Position numbers and translations under genes: made by a program. A stretch of 64,000 bases of DNA from the sequence record MK327935.1, one strand, 5' to 3'. Below are positions 1 through 10,376 of the stretch, piece by piece. Source of the DNA: Escherichia phage vB_EcoM_G2494. The notes under the pieces were generated by a model that was not told the DNA's origin, did not search any database, and worked only from the letters and a program-made list of their open reading frames with translations. The first letter of the stretch is position 1. Each line of letters begins with the position of its first letter.

Positions 1-98
1 GCGTAGTCCGCTAATTCTGTTTTAGCGGCTTTCTGTGATTCTTTGTCGTCGGACGCCGCAATAGCGCGGAGTTCTTCGAAATATTCTTTATCAAACAT
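1..98 (-). CDS. hypothetical protein, N-terminal part only (gene runs off window start)
   Basis: ATG at 98-96 preceded by AGGAGAATAAC RBS; frame open to window edge. Confidence 0.4.
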   Translation of the reverse strand, partial: MFDKEYFEELRAIAASDDKESQKAAKTELADY

Positions 99-124
99 GT
101 TATTCTCCTGATTGGTGGTGTTTG

Positions 125-132
125 TATAAATA
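125..132 (+). promoter_or_regulatory. T4-type late promoter TATAAATA upstream of uvsW
   Basis: exact TATAAATA about 37 nt upstream of uvsW ATG. Confidence 0.55.
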
Positions 133-168
133 TTTGTATACTGTATTTATTGAGTGAGGCTATTCGCT

Positions 169-1671
169 ATGCAAGATATTAAAATTCACTTTCTGAACTA
201 CTCCCATGTTCAAATTGAATGTAGCGATTCAATTTTATTAGAAATGCGAGATTATTTTAGTTTTGAAGTCGAGGGAGCGCGGTTTCAAAAAAGATTTAAG
301 TATGGTGGATGGGATGGGCGTATTCGTCTTTTAGATTACAACGGAAAGCTGCCAATCGGCCTAACTAAAACCGTGGGAATCTTCGCTAAAAATATGGGCT
401 ATAGCGTATGGGTAGATCCTCGCTTATTCGAAAAAGAACAAGTTACAGAAGAAGAAATTACAAAATGGTGTAATGACTTAGAATTATATTCCGGTGCTAA
501 CAGGATCACCCCGCATTGGTATCAATCAAAGGCTGTCTTTGAAGGTATTCATCATAAACGCCGTATGTTAGTTTTGCCTACGTCCGCTGGTAAATCTGCG
601 ATTGCTTGTATGTTGTCTCGCTGGTACTTAGAGAACTACGAAGGGAAAGTGCTGATCATCGTTCCTACCACGTCGCTAGTGCTGCAAATGCGTGATGACT
701 TTGTTGATTATCGCCAGTTTCCTTATGAAGCAATTCATACTATCATGAGCGGTACTAGTAAACACGTAGGTGATCGCCTGATCGTTGTTAGTACGTGGCA
801 ATCAGCATGTAAACAGCCTCGTGAGTGGTTCCAGCAATTTGGGATGGTTATTGTTGACGAATGTCACAAAGCCACTGCTAAAAACCTGCTAAACATCGTT
901 ACTGATATGGATCATTGCCAATTTAAGATCGGCATGACTGGTTCCCCTCGTGACGGGAAAGCTAACATGATGCAGTATGTCGGGCTTTTCGGTGATATTT
1001 CTAAGATCGTGAGTATTGACCGCCTGATGGAAGAAGGGCAGGTGACAAAACTGAAAATTAACTGTCTTTTCCTTCGTTATACCGATGATGAATGTAGCGC
1101 GGTTAAGGGGCGAGAATATGCGGAAGAGATCAAGTATATTACGTCTAACCCACGACGAAATAAGTTTGCTTGTAATTTGGCGCTAAAACTCGCTAAGAAG
1201 GGCGAAAACGTATTCCTGATGTTCCGCAATACTAAGCACGGAAAACTTATGTATGATGCGTTACAGAAGGTACACGACAAGGTTTATTATATTGACGGTG
1301 GAGTTAAGACAGAAGAACGTGATGAATTTAAGAAATTAGCGGAAGGGGAAACCGGGATCATTTGCGTTGCATCCTATGGTGTGTTCTCTACTGGTGTTTC
1401 AATTAAGAATTTGCATCATGTTATTTTCGGTCATCCAGTGAAGGAATCAACTATCGTTCGTCAGAGTATCGGTCGTGCATTGCGTAAACATGGTTCTAAG
1501 GATATTGCAACGGTCTGGGATCTTATAGATCATCTGGCGGTGAAGACAAAGAGCAAGAATGCTAAGAAACAGTTTAGTCACCTTAATTATGCTCTTAAAC
1601 ATGCCATTGAAAGAATAAAAATTTACAACACCGACCGATTCGAATATGCCACGAAAACCATCGAGATTTAA
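169..1671 (+). CDS. uvsW: UvsW DNA/RNA helicase (SF2)
   Basis: N-terminus MQDIKIHF...GWDGRIRLLDYN and Walker A LPTSAGKS match T4 UvsW; ORF track start at 154 is GTG, ATG at 169 has GAGG RBS. Confidence 0.9.
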   Translation: MQDIKIHFLNYSHVQIECSDSILLEMRDYFSFEVEGARFQKRFKYGGWDGRIRLLDYNGKLPIGLTKTVGIFAKNMGYSVWVDPRLFEKEQVTEEEITKWCNDLELYSGANRITPHWYQSKAVFEGIHHKRRMLVLPTSAGKSAIACMLSRWYLENYEGKVLIIVPTTSLVLQMRDDFVDYRQFPYEAIHTIMSGTSKHVGDRLIVVSTWQSACKQPREWFQQFGMVIVDECHKATAKNLLNIVTDMDHCQFKIGMTGSPRDGKANMMQYVGLFGDISKIVSIDRLMEEGQVTKLKINCLFLRYTDDECSAVKGREYAEEIKYITSNPRRNKFACNLALKLAKKGENVFLMFRNTKHGKLMYDALQKVHDKVYYIDGGVKTEERDEFKKLAEGETGIICVASYGVFSTGVSIKNLHHVIFGHPVKESTIVRQSIGRALRKHGSKDIATVWDLIDHLAVKTKSKNAKKQFSHLNYALKHAIERIKIYNTDRFEYATKTIEI

Positions 1672-1714
1672 TAAATAGGGGATTTAATGCCCCTTTATTC
1701 TACGGAGATTAAAA

Positions 1715-1951
1715 ATGATTAGCTTTAAACGTTTTTTGGTTGAGGCCGCTATTGACGGTTTCATGAGTAAGATTTATTCTTGTAATACTATCGAGGGATT
1801 AAATGAACTTGAGGCATATTATGAGAAGCGCAAGAAAGAAACAGAATTGAAACCTGCTGATGATATTTCGATCCGTGATGCCATCGCTGGACGCCGTAAG
1901 CAATTGGAAGCGGACAACGAGCCAGAAGAGGAGCCGGAAGAGGATTTTTAA
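1715..1951 (+). CDS. small acidic protein, UvsW.1-like
   Basis: 78-aa ORF directly after uvsW with acidic C-terminus; position matches T4 uvsW.1. Confidence 0.5.
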   Translation: MISFKRFLVEAAIDGFMSKIYSCNTIEGLNELEAYYEKRKKETELKPADDISIRDAIAGRRKQLEADNEPEEEPEEDF

Positions 1952-1955
1952 GATA

Positions 1956-1990
1956 TAAAAAAGCCCCATCAATGATGGGGCAAAATAAAC
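1956..1990 (-). terminator. hairpin terminator for minus-strand uvsY transcripts
   Basis: perfect 8-bp stem GCCCCATC/GATGGGGC followed by T-run on minus strand. Confidence 0.5.
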
Positions 1991-2014
1991 CAATTAAAAT
2001 CGGTTATCAACAAA

Positions 2015-2191
2015 TTACATTAACAGCATTGTTTGCTCTACGAGTTGTTCTTGTTCTTCGCCGTTCGCATCTTCACTAATCGAACGTTCTGTTACTAGCT
2101 GTAAGCAGTAGCCAGTGTGAACAACGCCGTTTTCTGTCTGGACGGCTAACGCATCCTCGACAGGTTGTTTACAACAAATACAGATTTTCAT
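2015..2191 (-). CDS. small Cys-rich protein (58 aa), uvsY.-2 position
   Basis: ATG with GGAGGAATTTTT RBS immediately downstream of uvsY; not in ORF track (<60 aa). Confidence 0.5.
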   Translation of the reverse strand: MKICICCKQPVEDALAVQTENGVVHTGYCLQLVTERSISEDANGEEQEQLVEQTMLLM

Positions 2192-2212
2192 AAAAATTCC
2201 TCCTGCATGTAT

Positions 2213-2620
2213 TTAGCGTCCAGATTCCAGCATACGCAATTCTATAGCATTCTTGATCGCAAATCCACGAGATTTAACGATATCAAGTGCGCGACCAGCA
2301 AAATCCATTACCATCTGGTAATATGCAATTTTCGTATCAAGCGGTAAGATCTCGTCGTCTGCTGCCATGACAACTTTCAATTCTGATTTCTCATATTCAG
2401 CGCGACACCAGTCATCACTACGGTTAGTGTAAAAGTCAAGACGATTTTTCATAGCCTTTTTCTTTTTAGCCTCAAGAGCAATCGTCTCTCTTTTCGCCTC
2501 GCTGTAAATCCTTAACCACTTTGAGTATACTACCGGATTATTCAGCGCCTCCCATTGCAACTTAGTCGCATCGATCTTCATGTCAGCTTCTAATTGTTCT
2601 TTCAAATCGTTTAGGTCCAT
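2213..2620 (-). CDS. uvsY: UvsY recombination mediator
   Basis: 135 aa; DATKLQWEA...LDFYTNRSD...KSRGFAIK matches T4 UvsY. Confidence 0.85.
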   Translation of the reverse strand: MDLNDLKEQLEADMKIDATKLQWEALNNPVVYSKWLRIYSEAKRETIALEAKKKKAMKNRLDFYTNRSDDWCRAEYEKSELKVVMAADDEILPLDTKIAYYQMVMDFAGRALDIVKSRGFAIKNAIELRMLESGR

Positions 2621-2667
2621 AATATCCCCTTATTCACACTAAGACCTATATCATATCACACACAAAA

Positions 2668-3066
2668 TCACTTTGCAAGTCTTATGCGTAGTTGTTCAAG
2701 ATCATCTGGGTTATCTATTACTGAAAAGTAGATTGATACTATGATTGAGTTATCGTCGTACTGCGGAGTTACTTCTACTGTCAGGTTTCGGACCCGTGGT
2801 TCATAGTTTCGGATCGCCTCATTGATGTTTTTTGATAAGGTGTCCACTGTCAGTGGGTTCATGTTCTCAAACAGTGATTTATTGAGATCGCATCCAAACA
2901 GTGGATCAAATGGACGAGATCCCTTGCGAGTAGTCACGATCAGTAGAATAGAATCCTTAACCGCTTTAATCCCTATGTTCTTTTTAACGTCGTTATTCCA
3001 CGATCTGGATATATTGAGATCCAAATCAGTATACATCTGATTAATAGTTGCCATGTTATACCTCAA
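2668..3066 (-). CDS. 25: baseplate wedge protein gp25
   Basis: 132 aa; TTRKGSRPFDPLFGCDL and VIDNPDD motifs as in T4 gp25. Confidence 0.9.
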   Translation of the reverse strand: MRYNMATINQMYTDLDLNISRSWNNDVKKNIGIKAVKDSILLIVTTRKGSRPFDPLFGCDLNKSLFENMNPLTVDTLSKNINEAIRNYEPRVRNLTVEVTPQYDDNSIIVSIYFSVIDNPDDLEQLRIRLAK

Positions 3067-3692
3067 AGAATTTTAAGGAAACTGGATAGACCTGATAATG
3101 AATATACACCAGATTCCCCGCATTCGCACTTGATCGGTACTGCCAGCGTGATTTGATTTCTTGTTAGCTCGTCGATCACTTCTTCCACTTTATCCGTGGT
3201 AAGCATATCCAGCACGCGGTCAAAGTCCTGTGCGTTCAGGTCGTCTATATTGAATTGCTGATCGCCGATCACGATATATTCGATACATGCAATTACCATC
3301 TGCATAATATCAACATCTTCTGTAAACTTAGGTTGACGAAATTTGATTTTTACTTGCCCTAAGTCCAGAATATACGGTTCAACTTCTGGTATCTGTGTGC
3401 GTGAAACATCAAGAGAATATACTTTCTCTTTATTGCATACACCACATACCCAAGTAGCATCAATTTTCATCTTATTGAGGCTGTGACACCATAAGAGAAG
3501 AAAAATATATTCTGCTTCGCATTTCTCTAGCTCTAATGCATTGATCCCCGTACATTCATGTATGATCTCTATAACAACCTCTGACAGCTTGCCAGTCTCT
3601 TTTGCTGCTACCAGTTTTTGAAATTCGCCGAAGGTGAAAGCACGGGCGTGTATCAACTTTTCGCCTAATTGGATCTTGAAAAAGTATTGCAT
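3063..3692 (-). CDS. 26: baseplate hub subunit gp26
   Basis: 209 aa, overlaps gp25 start, synteny with T4 26-25. Confidence 0.75.
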   Translation of the reverse strand: MQYFFKIQLGEKLIHARAFTFGEFQKLVAAKETGKLSEVVIEIIHECTGINALELEKCEAEYIFLLLWCHSLNKMKIDATWVCGVCNKEKVYSLDVSRTQIPEVEPYILDLGQVKIKFRQPKFTEDVDIMQMVIACIEYIVIGDQQFNIDDLNAQDFDRVLDMLTTDKVEEVIDELTRNQITLAVPIKCECGESGVYSLSGLSSFLKIL

Positions 3693-3734
3693 AATAAAAC
3701 ACCCTTTATAAACACATAGAATTATTTAGTATTT

Positions 3735-3742
3735 TATAAATA
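3735..3742 (+). promoter_or_regulatory. T4-type late promoter TATAAATA upstream of gene 51
   Basis: exact TATAAATA 21 nt upstream of ATG at 3763. Confidence 0.6.
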
Positions 3743-3762
3743 CCCGAAAGGGGGATTATACC

Positions 3763-4533
3763 ATGAATATTATCCGAATAAAACTACCGGAAGGTGTGCA
3801 GAGATTTAAACCATTCACGGTAAAAGATTATAGAGATTTCCTTCTGGTGTCAACTGAAATTAAGATGAATCCAGAAGAAGAACAAACGATTCTGGATGAG
3901 CTATTAGAAGAAATATATCCAGAAGTAGATCCGGCATTTCGTGAATATATTTTCCTGAATGTCTTTACTAGTTCAATTGGTAAAACAAAGATACCGCTTT
4001 GTTTTACTTGCCCGACTTGCAACAAAGAAAGAAAAATGTTGCTTAACTTACAGGTTGAAGCACTAAAACCAATCGTTCTAGAGGCCGCAGGGCTTAAAAT
4101 AACTTTCCGGTATGTTAAACCATCAACCGACTATGCAAAAACGTTTCTGGATGCGATAGAGCGTGTATCTGATGGTGTTAATGATTATCTATGGACTGAA
4201 TTACCGGAAGAAGTTAGAGAACAGGTTATAGATTCAATCTCATTTGCTGAATTTGAAGAAGTTGTTAAGCAGATGCACACAATCAAGATCGAACAAAAGA
4301 TATCTTGTTGTGAAAGTCATGACCTGAAATACATAGGTCTTCTTCCATTATTCAAATTGTTGTTGAATCCAGATGAGTTATTCATCTTTTATCGAATAAA
4401 CCATCTATTGGCAAAATCAAATTATTCTATCAGTGATCTTATGGATATGTTACCGATTGAGAGAAACATTGCACTGACACTGGTCGAGAAAGACGTAAAA
4501 GAGGCAAATAATGCAAAGAACGGGGTTTCCTAA
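3763..4533 (+). CDS. 51: baseplate hub assembly protein gp51
   Basis: 256 aa, divergent from 26 as in T4; CxxC pair FTCPTCNKE. Confidence 0.7.
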   Translation: MNIIRIKLPEGVQRFKPFTVKDYRDFLLVSTEIKMNPEEEQTILDELLEEIYPEVDPAFREYIFLNVFTSSIGKTKIPLCFTCPTCNKERKMLLNLQVEALKPIVLEAAGLKITFRYVKPSTDYAKTFLDAIERVSDGVNDYLWTELPEEVREQVIDSISFAEFEEVVKQMHTIKIEQKISCCESHDLKYIGLLPLFKLLLNPDELFIFYRINHLLAKSNYSISDLMDMLPIERNIALTLVEKDVKEANNAKNGVS

Positions 4534-5620
4534 TGTCTCAATAAAACTTTATCAGGATTATGAGGCATTTCTAAATCATCGCTTTATAGAATTGGGTGCT
4601 ACCTTTGTTACAATGACTCTGCGTGATTCGATTCGTGGGGTGAACGAAGGATTGTTGCAATTCTATGATAATAAGGCGATGCATACAAAATTAAATGGAC
4701 GAGAGATCATTCAGATTTCGCTATCCACTGCTAATACAGATGAAGTGTTTAACCGAATCTATGGGATCTCTCATAGTAATGTAACAATTGACCAAAAATC
4801 CGACAACATTTTAACATTCCAGTTAAAGAGCTATCACGAAACACTAAACCTTAAATTTTCTCGCTCATTGACAAATAACGCTGTTAATAACGTAACTAGC
4901 ATGATTGATGCCATCTATAAGGAAGTTCCTTTATGGAAACCTACTATAAAGGGTGATAACGTTGTTATTCCTCGTTGTCCGTGGGTTAGTACCATAAATG
5001 ACTATATGGATTTTGTGAGGGCATACGGGCAAAGCGTAGAAACAGAGTCTTTCGTGTATTGCTGGGAAGATTTTGATGGTATAACGATCGCTGGACACGA
5101 TACAATATTAAAAAATGAGCCAATACCAGCTATAATCTGTGAGCCTAGACTCATGGGGCAATTTATTGATATGTCGCCTAATCTGATGGTTTTTAATTTC
5201 GAGTGGCAGACTAAGAGCAATGCTAAAGTTAAAAATTCATTTAGCAATGTGACATACACAACTATTGATTTTGTTACTAAGCAGTATAATAAAATTATTG
5301 TTGGTAATGGAGATAATATTGCACACTTTGCTCATGGTGGCGCTTATGGCGATTTAACTTATAAGAATGCGTTTTTGGAAGGTTCTAAACTTGCCACAAT
5401 AGAACAATATGATTCATATGCTACCGCCGTGTGTCACGGTAATTTCTCGTTGCGCCCCGGTATGGTTATTCGATTCTTTGATGAGAAGCAACAAGCACGC
5501 AATGATTTTATTGTTGACGAAGTGGTGCATGAAATTAGCCGAGAGCAATCATTAACTCACCTGTATATGATCGGTAACAGCGAAGAATTACAGGAAGTCA
5601 AATTTGAAGGTAAGATATAA
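4511..5620 (+). CDS. 27: baseplate hub protein gp27
   Basis: QRTGFPNVSIKLY...NEGLLQFYD...IIQIS matches T4 gp27. Confidence 0.85.
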   Translation: MQRTGFPNVSIKLYQDYEAFLNHRFIELGATFVTMTLRDSIRGVNEGLLQFYDNKAMHTKLNGREIIQISLSTANTDEVFNRIYGISHSNVTIDQKSDNILTFQLKSYHETLNLKFSRSLTNNAVNNVTSMIDAIYKEVPLWKPTIKGDNVVIPRCPWVSTINDYMDFVRAYGQSVETESFVYCWEDFDGITIAGHDTILKNEPIPAIICEPRLMGQFIDMSPNLMVFNFEWQTKSNAKVKNSFSNVTYTTIDFVTKQYNKIIVGNGDNIAHFAHGGAYGDLTYKNAFLEGSKLATIEQYDSYATAVCHGNFSLRPGMVIRFFDEKQQARNDFIVDEVVHEISREQSLTHLYMIGNSEELQEVKFEGKI

Positions 5621-6138
5621 TGACAGAAACTAAACCTATGCTAAAATTTGTTGTTCCTGTAAAAAAATTAGAGATAAACGGGAAACATATCAAGATCCCA
5701 AAAATGGGGATTAAGCAACATCGATTATTAAAAGATGTTCGTAGCTGTGATGAAACATTAAAGATTCTTCTTGATTCAATCTGTCCTGGGTTAAACGCTG
5801 CCGAGTCTGAATTGGTTATGCTTAACCTTTGTGCGTTTAATGGCAAGTGTCTGGAAGAAAAAGATGGTCTTAAGCTGTCTGATGTGTATATTTGTACAGA
5901 GACTGAATTTACTTTAAATGGTAAAGTCTTTAAATTTAAAAATCCAGTGTATACTTCTGACCCCATTATCGATGACGCTGATTTCTTGAGTCATCATTAT
6001 CACGATCCTAGCGTAGACTTCCATGATTTCCCCGCTTTTATTATGGATTGGGCTACAGGATTAAGAAAAACTATTGCACTGGATACACCGGAAGGTACTA
6101 TCTATGGTGGAATTAACATATTGGATCGCCTATCATGA
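5620..6138 (+). CDS. 28: baseplate hub distal subunit gp28
   Basis: 172 aa, size and position as T4 gp28. Confidence 0.7.
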   Translation: MTETKPMLKFVVPVKKLEINGKHIKIPKMGIKQHRLLKDVRSCDETLKILLDSICPGLNAAESELVMLNLCAFNGKCLEEKDGLKLSDVYICTETEFTLNGKVFKFKNPVYTSDPIIDDADFLSHHYHDPSVDFHDFPAFIMDWATGLRKTIALDTPEGTIYGGINILDRLS

Positions 6139-7868
6139 ATAACGCATTAACATCATTTCGCGGGATGCGCAAGGAAGCGGAAGAAAACCCGATTGATAAA
6201 CTTAACAAATTAGATAAACTTGATTCTATTGATAATTTGCAAGCTGCTACCGAATTGGTGGCAGAGACAGTAGAACAAAAATCTAATGAAGTTGTTGGTG
6301 CGGTCGAGGATAACACCGCAGCCAATGAATTGACGGCAGAAAATACACAATCTACCGCTGGCAATACCCAAAAAACTTATGAAGAATTGCAAAAACTCAA
6401 TAATTTCTCTTCTCAGATGAATGAGAAATTACGTGGTTTTGGTGTTATGATGGAACGTAGATTTGGTGTTGTCAGTAAAATGGCTAGCGGTATTGGTGCG
6501 ATTGAAGAAGCATTGAAAAAACCGGAACAACCGCAAACAATGCCATCACCTCAGCCAGTTTTGCCTACTGTACCGGAACAGCCTAACAATGACAACTATC
6601 AAGGTCTTCCAAAGAAAAAACCAGATGCTGATGACCGAAAGAAAAAGAACGTCACAGATAAGCGTAATGCTGATTCTATGGAAAATCTTCTTAAAGTTGT
6701 TCGTGGAGGATTTAAAGAAACCATAGGTATCTCTAATAAGGTCTTAGGGATGTTATTTAAGATCACCTTGACCGCTATGGCAGAAGCCGCAAAATGGGGT
6801 GCCATTTTGATGGGTATTGTTTTTGTCATTGATACCCTGATGGTTCATTTCAGATATTGGAGCGATTTATTCGAGACAAAATTCAGTGAATTTATGGATA
6901 AAGCCGGAGAATGGGCTGGACCAATTAGTGATATTCTAACAACTATTCGTCAAGTTCGAGATTATTGGTCTAAAGGCGAATATGGAGAGTTAATTAAATC
7001 TCTTGTTATGGGTATTGGTGATGCATTCTATAAAACCTTTATCCAACTTGATCGAATTATCACTACTGGTATTGCTAAAATTCTTCGCATGATCCCTGGT
7101 ATGGGTGATTATGCCGATAAGTTAGAATATGGTGCTTTAAAATCTGCTGTCGCTCAAGGCTATACGCCAAATGAAAGAGAACTCGAATTAATGGATAAGG
7201 TCGAGTCTGAACACGAAGAGGACAAATACGGGGAGCGTACTGGTTGGGCCGGAAAAGCCCGTGATATTGGTGAGGCTATCGGTGACTCCATTAAAGATAA
7301 AGTTAATGAAGGACTTGTTAGTCTGGGATGGAGAGATCAAAAGGATGTTGACGCAGAGAAGCGACAAGAAGAATTAAAGCGCGGGGAATATGAGTCTGTT
7401 TCTGCTGAACAACGATCTGCTAGTCGTAAACTTAGAATTAAAAGTGAGGGCGCGATCAATAATATTAATGAAGTTATGGAGAACTTGAGCGGTGACTATG
7501 ACAAAGAAAGAATGGGAGAGTTGAAAAGGGATATTGATGTTTACCGTGAGAAAGTTCAAGATCCTACATTAGTTGAAAGTGATCGTTCTCAGTTAGAGCG
7601 TCTTATTGAAAAATTTGATGAGATGTATGCTGATAAGACTAAGGGTGTTGTGCAAACACAGCCGGTTCCTGCAACTGAAACGGAAACAGCAAAACAAGCG
7701 GAGCGTACTGAACAAATGCAGAAACAAGCTGCAATCCAGCAACAAACGACAAATCAGACCTCAAACGTAAATAATACACAAATTGTAACAAACAATAGAA
7801 CTATTAAACAGGGTGCACCAACAACTAGAATTGATGCCCCCGGTACAATTAATATGGGGAACTTTTAA
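6135..7868 (+). CDS. 29: baseplate hub / tail-length determining protein gp29
   Basis: 577 aa, coiled-coil rich, synteny with T4 gp29. Confidence 0.75.
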   Translation: MNNALTSFRGMRKEAEENPIDKLNKLDKLDSIDNLQAATELVAETVEQKSNEVVGAVEDNTAANELTAENTQSTAGNTQKTYEELQKLNNFSSQMNEKLRGFGVMMERRFGVVSKMASGIGAIEEALKKPEQPQTMPSPQPVLPTVPEQPNNDNYQGLPKKKPDADDRKKKNVTDKRNADSMENLLKVVRGGFKETIGISNKVLGMLFKITLTAMAEAAKWGAILMGIVFVIDTLMVHFRYWSDLFETKFSEFMDKAGEWAGPISDILTTIRQVRDYWSKGEYGELIKSLVMGIGDAFYKTFIQLDRIITTGIAKILRMIPGMGDYADKLEYGALKSAVAQGYTPNERELELMDKVESEHEEDKYGERTGWAGKARDIGEAIGDSIKDKVNEGLVSLGWRDQKDVDAEKRQEELKRGEYESVSAEQRSASRKLRIKSEGAINNINEVMENLSGDYDKERMGELKRDIDVYREKVQDPTLVESDRSQLERLIEKFDEMYADKTKGVVQTQPVPATETETAKQAERTEQMQKQAAIQQQTTNQTSNVNNTQIVTNNRTIKQGAPTTRIDAPGTINMGNF

Positions 7869-8926
7869 TGAAAATTAGTGTTATCAATGATGCCGTTGAT
7901 AGCTTTAAAGCGGGGGTTAAAACCTCCGCTGGTTTTACCTCAAAAAATAAAGGGAAAACATTAACCGCTCAATTCCCCGCTGAACGTGCTAGCGGTAATG
8001 ATGCTAGCGGTTATTATATCAACGACTTATATAATAATGGTCTGTTATTCACTGCATACGATTACACATCTCGTACTACTGGATCGCTGCGTGATTTCAG
8101 GAAAAAGAAAAATGTTGCTAGCGGTTTTGGCGGTAGCGTTAATATCGCTGGTTTTGATTTAAATTTGGGTGGGAGAAATGCTGCATTTGACCGAGAGGCA
8201 ATTGCTAATATTCTTCTTCCTCGTAGTCAATCTGACGTTGACGCTGCCAGCCATAAGTTTAATGATGTTGGTGAATCTGTTATTTCTCGCGGCGGTGGTA
8301 CTTTAGGCGGTGCTCTTTCTAATATGGCATCTACTGCCGTTTTTGGTGGTATCGAAAGTATTACTGGTGGATACCTTGCCGATCACGGTGAACAGATTTA
8401 TAATACTGCGCGAAGCATGTATGCGGGTGCTGACGCACGAACGAAAAACTACGTATGGCATCTAACCCCACGTAGTATTGAAGACCTTCGCAATATTCTG
8501 ATCATATACGAAACGTTTTTAGAATTGTCTTATGGTTCTAGTGGTATTTCCAGCACCGCAAAAGAATTAAAAGCGGAAGTTGATGCGTGGTATAAAAATA
8601 CACTATTGAGAAAATCCACTCCAGAGGAAGCGAAGAGAAATGATACTCTGTTTGAAGGGATCACCGATTTTCTATCAAACGTAATTACTGTATCTAACCC
8701 GACAATATGGATGATCTCTAACTTCGGCAAGCGTACATCGTTTGAAGGGCGTAGCGATGCATTTGGTCCCGCTCAGATCTCAAGTGTACGTCTGGACAAG
8801 TCGCCTGATGGTAAGTTTAATGGCCTTGCTATTTCTCCTAACTTGCCGAGTACCTTTGTTCTGGAAGTAACATTTAGAGAGATCTTGACACTTTCCCGTG
8901 GTACTATATTTGGGAGTGCGGCATAA
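7868..8926 (+). CDS. 48: baseplate tail-tube junction protein gp48
   Basis: 352 aa, synteny. Confidence 0.75.
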   Translation: MKISVINDAVDSFKAGVKTSAGFTSKNKGKTLTAQFPAERASGNDASGYYINDLYNNGLLFTAYDYTSRTTGSLRDFRKKKNVASGFGGSVNIAGFDLNLGGRNAAFDREAIANILLPRSQSDVDAASHKFNDVGESVISRGGGTLGGALSNMASTAVFGGIESITGGYLADHGEQIYNTARSMYAGADARTKNYVWHLTPRSIEDLRNILIIYETFLELSYGSSGISSTAKELKAEVDAWYKNTLLRKSTPEEAKRNDTLFEGITDFLSNVITVSNPTIWMISNFGKRTSFEGRSDAFGPAQISSVRLDKSPDGKFNGLAISPNLPSTFVLEVTFREILTLSRGTIFGSAA

Positions 8927-9858
8927 TGTTTGATTTAAATGACTTTAACGAACAAGCCGCTAACCTTGACTTTCAGCGATCTAACTTATTCAGCGTGGCA
9001 TTTGCCACCACTCCAAGTAATAAGACACAAGCGATCCTAGAAAGTATGGGTGGTGCGGTATATGATATTATACCAAATGCATTAAATGACTATTTCGGGA
9101 TTACTCGTGGTGATTATACTGACGCATTAACAAATCTTGCTGTACAGGGTGTTAGGCGTGCTGTTGATTCATCTGGTGTCAAAAAGTATCTTTTAGGTGC
9201 AATGTCATCCCGCGTAGTTCAATCTCTTCTGGGGCAATTTGATGTTGGTACGTATGCTCTTGACTGGTTCAATATGGCATATAAGACAAGCGGTCTTCTG
9301 GTGTATGCTGTTAAGGTTCCAGAAAACAGATTGAATTATGAAATGGACCGCAACCACAATGCGCCAAACATTCGAATTACCGGACGTGATTTTGATCCGC
9401 TTGTATTGAGCTTTAGAATGGACTCTAGCGCATCAAACTATAGAGCAATGCAGGATTGGGTTAACTCAGTAGAAGACCCCGTTACAGGGCTTCGTGCGCT
9501 TCCTGTTGACGTTGAAGCAGATATTCAGGTTAACTTACATAACCGAATGGGAGTTCCTCACACGATCATGATGTTTAATGGTTGTGTTCCTGTTGGTGTG
9601 AGTGCACCGGAATTAACCTATGAAAATAACAACGAAATTACAACATTCGATGTTACTTTCGCATATCGTTCTATGCAAACTGGTGCTGTAGGAGAGCAAG
9701 CCGCGCGAGAATGGATTGAGGATAAGGCAATAAACGCAATAACAAACACTTTCGGCAATAATTTACTTGATAGTGGGTTATCTGCTGCTGGTAATGCTTT
9801 ATCGCGTCTAAATGGCGTTGGTGGGCGTGTGGTGAATACTGTCACTAACTGGTTCTGA
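8926..9858 (+). CDS. 54: baseplate tail-tube initiator gp54
   Basis: 310 aa, synteny. Confidence 0.75.
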   Translation: MFDLNDFNEQAANLDFQRSNLFSVAFATTPSNKTQAILESMGGAVYDIIPNALNDYFGITRGDYTDALTNLAVQGVRRAVDSSGVKKYLLGAMSSRVVQSLLGQFDVGTYALDWFNMAYKTSGLLVYAVKVPENRLNYEMDRNHNAPNIRITGRDFDPLVLSFRMDSSASNYRAMQDWVNSVEDPVTGLRALPVDVEADIQVNLHNRMGVPHTIMMFNGCVPVGVSAPELTYENNNEITTFDVTFAYRSMQTGAVGEQAAREWIEDKAINAITNTFGNNLLDSGLSAAGNALSRLNGVGGRVVNTVTNWF

Positions 9859-9864
9859 TAAGCG

Positions 9865-9896
9865 AAAGGCGGGGATTATCCCCCGCCTTTTTATTT
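9865..9896. terminator. bidirectional rho-independent terminator
   Basis: stem GGCGGGG/CCCCGCC with loop ATTATC, T-run on plus and A-run upstream; lies between convergent genes 54 and 9891 lipoprotein. Confidence 0.65.
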
Positions 9897-10376
9897 TGCT
9901 AAATCATTGCAATATTTTAGTGCCTTAGTTTGAAATTCTGCGCTGTTAAGTTCTTCATAACGGTCATAATCACCGTTTAATGCTGCCTTTCTTGCTTCTT
10001 GCTCTATCTGCATGTCAGACATGATAATACAGCGATCCCGTGCTTTCATCTTCTCAAGTTGTATAGACTCTTCTTTCTGCTTGCGCAATTCTTCTTGACG
10101 CTTCTTTTCTTCTTGTGCTTTCTCTTCCCGCGCTTCTTTGATTGCATCCTTGAACATCTGCGTTTGTGGTGCTAAACCAACTTTAACGCGATCTACGTCT
10201 CGACGTTCCATTTTAGAAATAAAGCATGATTCGATCTTATCATCACTTGCATATGTTGCTTTACATTCACGAAGCAAGAAAACCGGATCTGATTTAGCAT
10301 TCATCATAGCTTCCATGTTAGCACAACCAGTAAGCATGAATACAGCCGCAAGACCAATTAGTTTAATCATTTTCAT
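9891..10376 (-). CDS. putative lipoprotein with K/E-rich coiled-coil segment
   Basis: signal peptide MKMIKLIGLAAVFMLTGC with lipobox LTGC; start overlaps upstream ART gene stop. Confidence 0.6.
   Translation of the reverse strand: MKMIKLIGLAAVFMLTGCANMEAMMNAKSDPVFLLRECKATYASDDKIESCFISKMERRDVDRVKVGLAPQTQMFKDAIKEAREEKAQEEKKRQEELRKQKEESIQLEKMKARDRCIIMSDMQIEQEARKAALNGDYDRYEELNSAEFQTKALKYCNDLAK

Noticed and set aside
1799-1993. 64-aa minus-strand ORF overlapping the 1715-1951 gene and the terminator hairpin
   Set aside because: Antisense to a better-supported ORF and spans the hairpin; likely spurious.
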